In this document: positions 52,170-64,000 of the stretch, in pieces
How positions within the stretch are numbered: the first letter of the stretch is position 1
Layout of the letters: the number at the start of each line of letters is the position of its first letter
DNA from: Bugula neritina
Taxonomy: Eukaryota > Animalia > Bryozoa
Reading direction: 5' to 3'
Length of the DNA stretch: 64,000 nucleotides
Assembly: GCA_964035545.1 (NCBI GenBank)
Contig: OZ037768.1
Location: 14,083,675-14,147,674 of the forward strand
Program-made: the position numbers and the translations under genes
Notes under the pieces: model-generated
Databases searched by the model: none
Seen by the model: the letters and a program-made list of their open reading frames with translations, nothing else
Told to the model about the DNA's origin: nothing

Positions 52170-55100
52170 ATGGCCAGCACCAGCAGATTTCTGCTAGTTT
52201 ATGGATCTCAAACTGGACAATCTAAAGCTATTGCAGAAGAACTTATGGAAAGATGCTATAAAGTGGGAATAGATGCTGATATTCATTGCCTCAGTAAAAT
52301 TGAAAAAGAGGTTAATCATTTGAATATCTTTGCTCTTTGTTGCTTTAACCTTAGCTGTGATGGTGTTGGTCATGTTTCATGATGCTTTCCCTTACTTAAT
52401 ATCTGCTCAAGAATGGCTTTTTTATTTTAAATGTTTTGCTAGTTTTCCATTTTAATGTTGACATTATTTTGCTGTGCAAGAGGCTTATTTGCTTCATATG
52501 TCACATTTCTATCACATGTTTGTTGGTATATATTTTCGTTGGATCAAATACTTTTAAGGAACATTTCAAGAACAAGCATTTCCTATTTTAAAGCAGATTG
52601 CATATTGCAAATAGGAACACATTTTATTTGATATGAACAAACTGAAAGAAAGAATTTTAAATCTACAGGATTATATAACTATAGTAAAGTCTAAAAGTTG
52701 CCTGTATTGAAAATTAGTTTGACATAACTGAAGTAACCTGTACTGCCTAAACTAACAATTGTAATAAGTTGTATGCTGCACCTATTCCAACTTCTTCGTT
52801 TAATTGTTGCTAATTATTACTGCAACAGCAATGCCAATTATTACAATTTTATTCATCACCAAGCACTCACCCCTTTCCACTTGATAATATGTAATTGGTG
52901 CATGTCTGGCTCAATTCAGTAATGGCCATGTTCAAACAAAAAGTCATTTTGACAATTATCAAATTAGCAATCTTATGAGTTGAAACATGTCAAAATCTAT
53001 GGTGCCAAGTATCTCTTATACAGTTTGTGCTGGAACAAGAGTCATTAGTTGTGATAGTTGTATCTACAACTGGTGATGGGGAACCTCCAGATACCGCCCT
53101 CAAGTTTTGGAGAAGAATCAAGAGGAAAACGTTGGCGAAAGATTATTTTTCTAATGTTAAATACTCATTGTTAGGTAAACTCCACCTTTTAACTATTATA
53201 CACTTATTCAATGATTTGGTGATGTAAATGTTTTATTCTGCACCATTAGAATAACTCCTTCATTGTGGAAATAGTCTTATGTGGGATCACACAACACTAA
53301 AGTAGCCAGCTGTTTGTTGTTAGTTAATGGAGTGCTTCAGCATACTCGGGTTAGTAAATGCACCACCCTCTCTTATTATATATATTTCATGTTTCTTACC
53401 AGGTTTGGGAGACTCAAATTATAACAACCACTGTGCATTTCCCCACATGGTGAACGATCGCCTGTTACAGCTAGGTGCTACTCAATTCCTCCCAGCAAGC
53501 TTTGCAGATGATGCAGTTGGGCAAGTATTTGTTACTTCATATTGGATTTTGTGTTTCTTTCCGGTTGATATCTGGCAGTTGATAATATCTATTTTATTCC
53601 TACATCATTGTATATAATTATTTGGCCCTGCAGTCTATTGAATGTATCCCTACTTCTGCAATGCATGATTTTATTTAAACAACTCGTTAACAGAATCTCG
53701 CCACCTTTTCAATGTCACATAAATACTGACATCTGCATTTTGGCAAAGAGGCTTGGTGTTTCTATTTAACTAGTAATAGTTAAGTTTCTCAAAATAAAAG
53801 AAAATTTCAAGTTATAATTCATCAACTGGTCAACAATTTCCTAAGTAGCTTGTAGCATTTCTGCTTCAGGTAAAGGCTCTAGCAGTGATCAAAGGTACAC
53901 ATTTTTAGCTTGATTCACTCGTTCCTTGCAGCAAATTGTTGGAAGTGTGGCTTAAAATGTGATTGTTGTTCATTATTTTGTCATTAATTTTATGTTACTG
54001 CTTGTGCCAATAGATTGGATATCGTGGCTGAACCATGGATAGACTCTCTCCTTAATGCTCTTTGCGAGATATTTAAGTTGAGTCCTCCATCGGATGATAA
54101 CAAAGCTGTGAATGCTGCTCTGGGCATTATAAAAGATTTGGAGTCTAAACTAGTCATTGATCCCTCTAAAAGTTCTACTTTTACATTAACCAATGGTGAA
54201 CTGTCAGGACCAGGTGGCACCAATGAAAACTCATCATCCACCAACATCTCAAGTAAAGTGTTGAGTTTAGTGTAGTGTAGTGTATTGTATTGTAGTGTAG
54301 TGTAGTGTATTGTATTGTAGTGTAGTGCAGTGTAGTGTAGTGTATTGTATTGTAGTGTAGTGCAGTGCAATGTAGTGTACTGCAGTGTATTTTAGTATAG
54401 TGATGTGTATTATAATGTAATGCAATGTAGTGGGGTGTGGTACAGTCAGTGTATTGTATTGTAGTGTAGTATAGAGCAGTGTAGTGTAGTATAGTGCAGT
54501 GTAGTATAGTGTATTGTAGTTTAGTATGGAGCAGTGTAGTGTAGCTAGCTGCAGGTTTATTAAGCAATCATATCACTTGTATCTTGGATGCACAATACAC
54601 CTATTGTATAACATGTAGGTTGGACAGATAAAATATCATTGGATAAAGTAAAGAATTTGACTCTACCCAGTGCTCCTCTATCTTATATATCGGTTGAATA
54701 TCTAGCCACAGAAAATAAGGTAGGCTATTTTATGCACAGTTAACTTGCATCTCTACCTAGGCAGTGACAATATAAGAAGGTTTAGGCAACTGTCCTCTAA
54801 TCCAGGGGTGTCCAACCTTTTTGGATCGAGTGCGACTGAAATTGAATATTTCATGACGAGGGCCACATTGTAAAATGGTATAATTTAGCTTGAGCTGGGG
54901 CCCATAGCATTAGTAATTTTCAAATAACTTTATTCCTAATTACCATGAATCATTACACCATAAAGTCTCGATAATTACTGCAGGCTGCATGTTTTAGCAT
55001 GTATATAAGTAAGACACTTGAAAGATGGTTTTCCACTCTAATTCACATATGTGTGAAAAATAATTTTGTTATGCCTTTGAGGGCCACTTAAATGTAAGCT

Positions 55101-58100
55101 GGGGGCCACATCTGGCCCTGGGGCCGCCTGTTGGACAGCCCTGCTCTAATCTATCATAAAAATGCTTCAAAGTAAAGCAGATGTAGTTGTTTTGTGGAAA
55201 GGAAGAATATGAACAATGATGACTTGCTTTTATCTCTAATTGCTAAATCATAAGTTTTTATGAGTAGTTTCTGACCAATTTCAAGTCACAGTTTTGGATA
55301 ATAATATACAGAAAGTGCTAATAAACTGATTCAAATTACCTATAACAGAAACAGAGGTATTTCTGAAAAAAGTATGTCTAGGATTTTAATATGGCAGCTT
55401 CAAACTAGTACTCCACTACAGTGATTACTGGCGAAACAGAAACCCTTGTACTGGTAGTACCCTTGTACTGGTAGTACCCTTGTGCTGGTAGTACCCTTGT
55501 ACTGGTAGTACCCTTGTACTGGTAGTACCCTTGTGCTGGTAGTACCCTTGTGCTGGTAGTACCCTTGTGCTGGTAGTACCCTTGTGCTGGTAGTACCCTT
55601 GTGCTGGTAGTACCCTTGTGCTGGTAGTACCCTTGTGCTGGTAGTACCCTTGTGCTGGTAGTACCCTTGTGCTGGTAGTACCCTTGTGCTGGTAGTACCC
55701 TTGTGCTGGTAGTACCCTTGTGCTGGTAGTACCCTTGTGCTGGTAGTACCCTTGTGCTGGTAGTACCCTTGTGCTGGTAGTACCCTTGTGCTGGTAGTAC
55801 CCTTGTGCTGGTAGTACCCTTGTGCTGGTAGTACCCTTGTGCTGGTAGTACCCTTGTGCTGGTAGTACCCTTGTGCTGGTAGTACCCTTGTACTGGTAGT
55901 ACCCTTGTGCTGGTAGTACCCTTGTGCTGGTAGTACACTTGTGCTGGTAGTACCCTTGTGCTGGTAGTACCCTTGTACTGGTAGTACCCTTGTACTGGTA
56001 GTACCCTTGTACTGGTAGTACCCTTGTACTGGTAGTACCCTTGTACTGGTAGTACCCTTGTACTGGTAGTACCCTTGTGCTGGTAAGCTCTCCCCATTGC
56101 CTAAGCAAATTCTTGTTACGCTGAAAACTTGCAGACTATTGCCTAATGGTATATCTTTAAAGTGTTGGGCTTATTACAAAAGATATTTTTCAATTTTGTT
56201 TGGTTTCCTTTATGCATCTTTTACTGAGCAAGTAGCAAATAGAGTGAATGCAACTAACATTGGCTGTCTGCTTTTGCTAGTTTCACCAAATCTGACTGAC
56301 CTGAAGCTGTGAGTGGAGTTTATTCACCAGGGTATATATCATTTTGAATAAATTTGCTATGGAGAGCAACAGTGTATGCTAATTTTGCAATAATAAAATT
56401 AAAACACATAAAATGAAGTGCTATGAAATAGTTGTGATGTTATTCATAATATTCTTATACTGGAAATATTGTTTAACCTTGCTCTCGCTTATACAAGTGT
56501 TGATTGTGGCATAGAGAAAAACTAGATAGTTAATATCATGAAAATGTTAGTACTTGATTGTTAAAATCATCTATAAGTTGACCTGTAGCTTTACTCACAA
56601 TTATCATCATATGCTATGAAAATAACTACTTAGACTATTGTTTTTTTATAAATAAAATTCGATTGTAATTGCTAGTTTGTATATTATGGAAGTGGTGTAA
56701 TAATTTAATTTTTATATATTGCCTAGTTTTTATTTTCCGTGTTGATTTTTATTTTGCAGTTTCTTTTATTGCGTTTTGTTACTTCTAATGTGGCATTGAA
56801 TCTGACATGATAACAGTGATTTACAACTATACAATTACAGCTATTGGCGTGATGATTCATTTATGTATATTATATATCATTTTCTAGAGCATGGTGAAGT
56901 TTCTAATCAACCTTCAAATGTTTCCATTTTATATACAGGCATGTGACCGGTTGCCCGTGCAGAACAACTGTAAGCTACCATTTGCAAACTCAAGAGTGTA
57001 TTCTACTCCAGTAACTAATATTCATCAGCTCTCGGCCAATGAACCTTCTGTAAAGAAGACCTTGCTGGTTGCGCTGGACTGCAGTGTACGAGAATTTATA
57101 CTAATTATATTAACTATGGTCTATTCTATTGTAGTTTATAGCTGTTGTATAATAATTTGGTATGTTATTTGTATAATCTTTGGAGTTAATGGATACAATA
57201 CCTGCGTTTAACCTTGTACCATTTTCTGGTTTTATGTAGGAGTTTGCTGAGGAGTATAAATCAGGTGACAGTTTCAGCATTATTTCCCAAAATGATGATA
57301 GAGAAGTTCATTGGTTACTAAAGCGGTAGGTTTGGTCTCTCCTTGATACATTTGTCAAGTTATAATTTTTCACAAGACATGATTTTATAAAAATTTGTTG
57401 ACACTGAAATTAATTCCAACTTTTTTATGACAGTGAATAATATTCTTTTTTTTTGTCACTTTTATTTGCAATGAATAAATAAGGAAACTTATATAATTTA
57501 ATTATGTCTATGGTTGTGTCACTACTGTCATAGGCAACACAATATTCTCGTATTTTGAAATATATTTTTAATTTAGTTCATCTTTTACACTGTTGCTTTT
57601 AGCTGATGATAAATTAAAAGGCACACTTTTAAATTTGGTTTCATTTCCTTTTGCTTAGGTTGGATGTAAAGAACGCACATGAACTTGTGAAGTTATCAGT
57701 GAGCGCTGATACTTTGAAGAAGAGGGCTGTGTTACCAGAATACATTAATAACCCTAGTAGTCTGTATGAAATATTCAGTTACAGCTTGGATTTCAGAAGT
57801 ATTCCTAAAAAGGTTTGAATAATGTATAAGCTTATCAACATGTTTCTTAGTGTCAACGATTACTATTGCCTATTCAATTCAACTAATTAGACTTAATGCA
57901 GTCATTTCCAACACCTCAGAATGTTGAAATTGATTAAGGAGTGGCTTTTGGCTACATCTTTATGAAAGCAATGCTGCTATTATGTGTTCTTACATTTGAG
58001 TTAGAGTATTTGAACCAATTGTTCTGGTTTTGGATAGGCCATGATGCGACTGTTGGCCAGGTGGTGTAAAGACCCGGTAGAACAAAACAAATTAGAGATT

Positions 58101-60193
58101 CTAAGTTCCAGGCAAGGTGCGGATGTTTACAGAGAAACAGTGGTGGAAGCCAGAAGATCTATCTTGGATATACTCCATGCTTTTCCTTCATGTTGCCCTC
58201 CAGTAGAGTGTCTTATAGGTTTGTTGGTTTACAAGAACCTTAGTTGCTGAATTCGTGTTTTGAAGTTCACTTTACTCTTGTGTTCAATTCAACTAGCATA
58301 GTTTGTAACATTTTTCAAATTATATTTTCATACTTTCAACAACATTGTGTAACTTCTACTTATCTGGCATTTAGTGTGTGAGGCTGCACCTTCTTGGAGC
58401 CGTATTTCAAATGTATATTATAATCTGCCTTATAGACTAGACCACCCCCATTTTTATTTTGCAGAAAACTTGCCACGACTGTTACCTCGAGCCTATTCTA
58501 TAGCGAGTGCAAGTGGATGCAAACTGTTGAAGTTGGCTTTCAGTGTCATAGATCTACCTGATATCGGAGAACTAACGGCCAGGCAGGGTCTAGTTACTGG
58601 TCAATTCAATCGCATGTATCACGAGCACAGCACTCAATTACCCAATGTAATTATTAGTACAAACATTATCTAACAATTTTTCAAAATACTTCAATATAAA
58701 ATACAAGATATGAGTTTTTGCAACTCTCTAAGTTTTTTAATATGTTTGTGGAGAGTTTCCCTGTTTGGTATGTATAATATAAATCTAATGCACTGCCATT
58801 TTAATTATGCTGTAATCACAGATTTAGTGCAACTTTGTAATAATGCAATTTGCTGCAAGGTTGATGTGTATCTTCGAACCCAGCAACACTTTAGACTCCC
58901 TTTAGACAGCAACAAGCCGTTAATTCTCATTGGACCCGGCACTGGAGTGGCTCCATTCATCGGCTTTCTAGAGGACAGGTGTGTGTATATGTATATTGGT
59001 ATGACAGTGAGTATGTGATTGTCATAGTCCGCTATGTCTTATAACTGTGCTTGTAGAGAGAAGCTTCTGGAAGCAGGAGTGGTGCTGGGTGAATGCCTAT
59101 TGTTCTTTGGTAACAGAGTGGAAGCTAGTGATTATCTATTCCGGTAATGTACATACTATATTGTAATATCACTATATGAAAGGCTCATTACAGTTTCTCT
59201 TCTCAACTTTTCCACATTGTATCTGTTTTGCTTTGGCTGCACGTCTGCTATGATTGCCTGTTTAGAGATGACCTGAATCGACATCTTGCCTTGGGAAGCC
59301 TAACACAGCTACACACATGCTTCTCCAGGGATGACCACCACATCAACAAGACTGGTGCTAAATATGTGACCGACTTGATCAGACAACAAGCACACCTCGT
59401 CTCTCACCTCATTACCAATCAGTCTGCATTCATCTATGTTTGTGGAGATGCTAAAAATATGGCCAAAGATGTAAACCAGGCAATCTCGCATGTTCTGCGA
59501 ACTGAAAACGGTAAATAATATGTAATTGGTATTTTATTGCGAGTTATAGATTAAAATTTAAGTTATTAAGCTAGTTTAAATAACAAGCTAAAAGCACTTT
59601 ATGTTGAAGCTTATCGTCTTTTGTTCAATCAGAAGTTACCAAAGGAGTGAGCATACCGCACTAGCAAATTCATGCAAACCTAGCAAACATGTATCTTGAT
59701 GGCTGCTTTCAATTGCTAATTTATAACTTTCTATTGCCTGCTAGCCACTGGGTTAGTGAAATGTTTTTGTGCACAACTTTGGCAGAATACTTTATACTGC
59801 AGAACATGTTGATATTCGTTACCATCTTTCTTGCTTCTGTAGACTACATTATTTTAGTGATGTTTTTACCATATTAGGCGTTTGAATTGGCAGTAATTGC
59901 TGAGCTACATAGAAAGTCTTTTGGGGAAAGCAATTGCTAGATTCCCAAGTGATGCAATTTGCATGAAGCAGTTCGTGTTTAATTTATTGTCTCTTTTATT
60001 TAATTAGTCAAATAGTTGCCATTTGAGCTAAAATTAATTGTATATTAAGTAAATATTCCACAAATCAAGCGAATGTCTCATTGGCAAGTAAAAGATATTG
60101 AATATTTCTGTAGGTTATACAGATGAAGAAGTGGTGACGGTGGTACGTGAACTGAGAGAAGAAAAGAGATATAAAGAAGATGTGTGGATATAA
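52170..60193 (+). CDS. MTRR: Methionine synthase reductase (diflavin reductase, ~676 aa)
   Basis: Exons 52170-52310, 53024-53174, 53403-53520, 54014-54252, 54619-54719, 56939-57085, 57240-57325, 57659-57812, 58038-58218, 58465-58646, 58860-58978, 59057-59143, 59266-59510, 60114-60193 total 2031 nt (the exon 4 donor is the least certain). Motifs RFLLVYGSQTGQSKAIAEE, STTGDGEPPDTA, GLGDSNY, PRAYSIAS, GPGTGVAPFIGF, YVCGDAKNMAKDV, RYKEDVW. Long hinge and no N-terminal membrane anchor. Confidence 0.94.
54268..54545. repeat. Degenerate (TGTAG)n pentamer microsatellite
   Basis: Direct reading; MTRR intron 4. Confidence 0.9.
54803..55143. mobile_element. hAT MITE in MTRR intron 5
   Basis: TIR CAGGGGTGTCCAAC / GTTGGACAGCCCTG and perfect 8-bp TSD CTCTAATC. 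Confidence 0.92.
55442..56085. repeat. 17-bp minisatellite (ACCCTTGTRCTGGTAGT) x ~38
   Basis: Head-to-tail units; A variant at both edges, G variant in the core. Confidence 0.96.
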
Positions 60194-62100
60194 GTGTTCA
60201 TTTGTACTATATGTTCATATGCTGTAAATATGTTCCCTGTTGATGAACAGTGAAGGAGGCCTAATATATTTGAGAACCAAACTTGGTTTACGTAAGAGAA
60301 TATATTTCTAATATTTATATATTTTTTAATGTCTTCATCCATCAATTTTCAGAAACCAATATTTTCTACTTTACTATGTGATTAACACCATATTTAGTGT
60401 TGAAAGTCTGGTGCTGAATTGTATATTCATGCAATAGTGTAGCTGTAAGTCATTGATTGTAGTGAATTCTAACAGAATGAAAATAATTTTAAATAAAATA
60501 AATAAGTTTTTCATTTTGAAAAAATTGTTATCAAGAACAATTACAAGTATTAATTCCGGCAAATAACAATAAATAAATGAAAGTGGATATAAACAATTTT
60601 GCATATGCCAAGTTTTTAGTTTTAACTTATTTAGATCTATTATGGCAAAATAAACTTATTACTCCCTAGTCCATCACCTTAGTAACTCATTAGTTAGGGC
60701 AAAAGCTAAATATCTTCATAAGCATGGCACTTCACATCACGTAAGTCTGAAAATAATGCAGTACCATTTCTTGGAATATTCTCCAACAGCTTACAGATAG
60801 TTGGATCTAGCACTGATTTTCTATAAATTGCAGAAATTTGAGCTTTGGTTGGAATTTGATTATGACAACAGTTGTTGAGTCTAGATTAGGGAGTCTAACA
60901 CATGAATTCTAAACAATTGTGTTTGGGTGCAGTAGTGGAAAAATTCCAATAGCCCAAATTTTTTGTCTTAAATTATTTGATTTGGTTTGAAATTGTCTCG
61001 AGAACATAGCTTTTTTGATAAATTTCTAATCTACAGCAAAGACTTTTTTCTCCATTTCTGCACCTACCTCACAACTGGTAAAACATGTTGCTGCTTGGAG
61101 AAGTAGTTTGTTGCTCCTCTCTCAATATTTTGGTTATACAACATAAACACTGGTATTGCGATATTTGCTTCTGCAAAAAGTATTTCAATGTTGCTTGAGC
61201 TGTACCATTGACTAGTAATTAATGGTGAGGTTTTTAAGAAGCTTTAATATTAATTTTTTCTTATAGCTTGAAGTTATAACAATAATATAAAGAGAGATGT
61301 GCAAGTATTGTAAAGGTGAAGACAATGGTCATGGTTATCATAAATATTATCACCAAGTAATGTTATAAGTGTAGTCCTATGATGTCGAATTCCATACTTT
61401 GGTTAACTTTCAACACAAAATTCCCAGCAAGATTCACCAGACTTATATAAGCCTAATCTTGATATTCAGACTTACAATTTTGTCAGCCATTTATTGTAGC
61501 CAGGTGGTAGGCAATAGTGAAATATCAGTTTTCTATATCTTCTATGTTAGGGATGAAGTTTTATTATTATTTTCAATTATACTGCATTAAATAGTTAAGC
61601 TAATATGTATTTTTGATACATAGTAGCCTTTGATGACAAATTTGTTACTAAAAATGTATTCAATAACCAAATAAGTTGCCATCTTCCTACTTATGTTCTA
61701 TTTATACAAGGTAAATAAAAAGATATAAAACTTGCAGTTGTCAAATTTTCCGTTAAAATAAGTTTTGTATGTCTTGACTTTTGATTAAACTTGTAAGTAA
61801 GTTGAAATCAATGTAGCAACAAAATAATTTATTTCATGAAATGATAAAATTTCTAACATGAAATTATATATAAAACTAAAAAATATGGTTGCAGAAGGTG
61901 TATTACCCAAAGTGCATGCATAAATATACATACTAACATTCTTTTACTATATAGCCATAAAACTTATCTACAAGAAAATCTAGAAATAGGTGCCTGTGCA
62001 ATGATTGTGGGCATAAAGAGGATTTGTAGCAGAGTTTGCTATGTTTACAGACTAATTATAAGTGTGTATCAGCAATGCTGATCCTCTGAACTACGTTATA

Positions 62101-62114
62101 CGCCCCCTGGTGGC
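62101..62114 (-). promoter_or_regulatory. Candidate CTCF-binding site
   Basis: Reverse complement GCCACCAGGGGGCG matches the CTCF core consensus. It is an isolated GC-rich word in AT-rich DNA. Confidence 0.5.
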
Positions 62115-62521
62115 TATTAGTTTCATCAGACTCATTATCTATGGAGGCTGACACAGGAATAGAGAGGCTGGAATGAGGTGCAAGACTTGATCGAGTTTCT
62201 AAAACATAAGAATTGTTGCATTTCATGAATTATAGACATTTTCTGCAATATGTTTACTGAAGATGAGCATGCAGATGTCACTGGCCAGAGAAATCTCAAG
62301 TGAACATGAAGATTAGTACTTCCACTCACAATGAATGGCAGTTTTTTACTGCCCATTGCTACTTAGATTAGAGATCTTAAGACTTATACCCAGCGCCTGG
62401 GCAATTAACTACATGACACAACTATGTAGGAGCAATCTTGCAAGGTTAATCAACAGCTTAAACATACTATTTCAAAAGGTTTTTGTTTTTCTGCACCTTG
62501 ATGGTTAGAATTGGTAAGTTC

Positions 62522-64000
62522 TCAGCTTTGCAAGACCATCTCTAAGAAAATAACTAGCAATGTGCAGTATAATTACCTTTCAAGGCCATAATGAGTTCAC
62601 CAAGATCCCTCGCATCATCTTCTGGTAAAAGCTCAGATCTTTTCGATAAGCTAGAAATATCAAACCCTGTTGACAGCGAGTGATGAGCCACAGGACTGTT
62701 GGAAGATCCATCCACCTTGGCGTCATCCCATTTCTAAACAGAGCACAATAATTCAACAGGAAATTTATAGTCTAGCTACAAAACAACATCAGCTCAAAAT
62801 GCACTAATACTCAGCATCACATATGATATTATCAATGCTCAAAATATAATATATAGAAATAAAACGCTATATAATATATAACTTGCATTATTTTCTGAAA
62901 TTTAGAATAAATGCAATATTATTCTGACAATAAACCCCAGCAATCATGAGAGTTAGTCCACATTAAATGTAAATTGAATTCAATCATGCCCACTGTTTAT
63001 AAAAAAAGTCTTATAGCAGCAATATCTAAGTCTCTAATTGACTAAAACTGTTTATTAAAATTTGTCAAATACCGGACTTTGTAGAGAAGCTGTGGTTAAC
63101 AGATTAGCAGTGTTTGATGGTTGAATCTGTGTAGAAATGTGAGGAATGGGAGAGGGATAATCAATTTGCCGATGCTGAAGCATAGCCTCTGAGCCTGTAG
63201 TGTCCACTAACAGGGTGGAGTTATACTTCTCCGGTGATGCTGAGTGGTTCTTCTTTATCCTATTACATGGACCCCGTAGCATCACCAAGTAGCCCAATAC
63301 AAACGCAGCCTAAATCATATTCAACAACACAAATTACACGTGATTCTAAAACAAGACCCTTCCCTACGTTGCTTACGAATACAGCAAATAAAGTTGAAGA
63401 AAGTCTGTCCTACAAAATATTAATCAAAATAAGAAAAGTATAGGTGATAAATGCTTATAATTATTACATTTTTATATTCGCCAGAGCGATGAATTTATAG
63501 CAAAAGTTTTTAGTTTTAACCTAATCCTTAGAAAGTCTATCATGCTTGTCTTGAAAATGTCACATAAACTTGAACATATGTATCAGCTATGTGACACAAA
63601 GTGAATGCAGTGAGTGCAGTACGCCTGATGTTAGGTGCAATCTGCAGAATTACCAAACGTTGTGTAATTCATTAAGTTTAGCAGAAAACTAACCAAGACG
63701 CTAAGAGAGACACAAAATGCAACCATCATCCAGGTATAGTTGTAAGCCATGTGCAAACCACCAGTCATGTTCACTAGTATTATCATCAGCCACAGAAAAA
63801 TTACCGGGCCAATTTCTGAAATTGAATATAGCAATAGAATATAACACTTTTATTAATAAAAACAATAAAACAAGTAAAATACATTTATGAAGTACTAGAT
63901 TGTGTAGAGATCAATAACATTGCAGAGCTGAATGACACTACAGTGGTTTGCGCCACATTTGTAACAGAAACAGCGTGTAGTAATAGGAAAAACTAGCAGG
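62522..64000 (-). CDS. 3' exons of an unidentified multi-pass membrane protein gene
   Basis: Phase-compatible GT-AG exons 63815-63694 (IGPVIFLWLMIILVNMTGG...WMMVAFCVSLSVL), 63409-63377, 63309-63073 (AAFVLGYLVMLRGPC...), 62733-62577 and a possible last exon 62541-62522. Hydrophobic segments are followed by a polar tail. Family not recognised. Confidence 0.5.

Noticed and set aside
55405-56108. 230-aa repetitive ORFs and a CRISPR-like appearance of the 17-bp array (also the 22-bp array at 2269-2611)
   Set aside because: Pure tandem repeats without unique spacers, inside introns of a eukaryotic gene. The ORFs arise from stop-free repeat units.

Overview
AT-rich, intron-containing animal (invertebrate) genomic DNA. 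Host genes: AASS (minus strand, 15 coding exons visible, 3' end off the left edge), CDK5 (minus, complete, 10 coding exons, 299 aa), MTRR (plus, complete, 14 coding exons, about 676 aa) and the 3' exons of an unidentified membrane-protein gene at the right edge. Between them lie two transposon islands (about 9.7-24 kb and 31-51 kb). These hold three related tRNA-Leu-primed Ty3/Gypsy elements (E1 16121-23592 +, E2 34016-46779 -, E3 38546-46521 -), at least five solo or partial LTRs, hAT and PIF/Harbinger-type non-autonomous elements, a foldback element, an RTE LINE relic, and a four-level nested insertion. The best candidate for a new system is a long extension after the normal end of integrase in all three Gypsy elements (about 500 aa in E3). 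It is made of an acidic-hydrophobic segment, two C2H2-type zinc fingers, a conserved PxVxL-like (HP1-binding-type) motif and a coiled coil. It occurs alongside highly structured LTRs: a CCGA/TCGG palindromic array and a covarying hairpin around the predicted initiator. Its function (chromatin targeting or a self-encoded transcription regulator) is inference only. All coordinates were read by eye.
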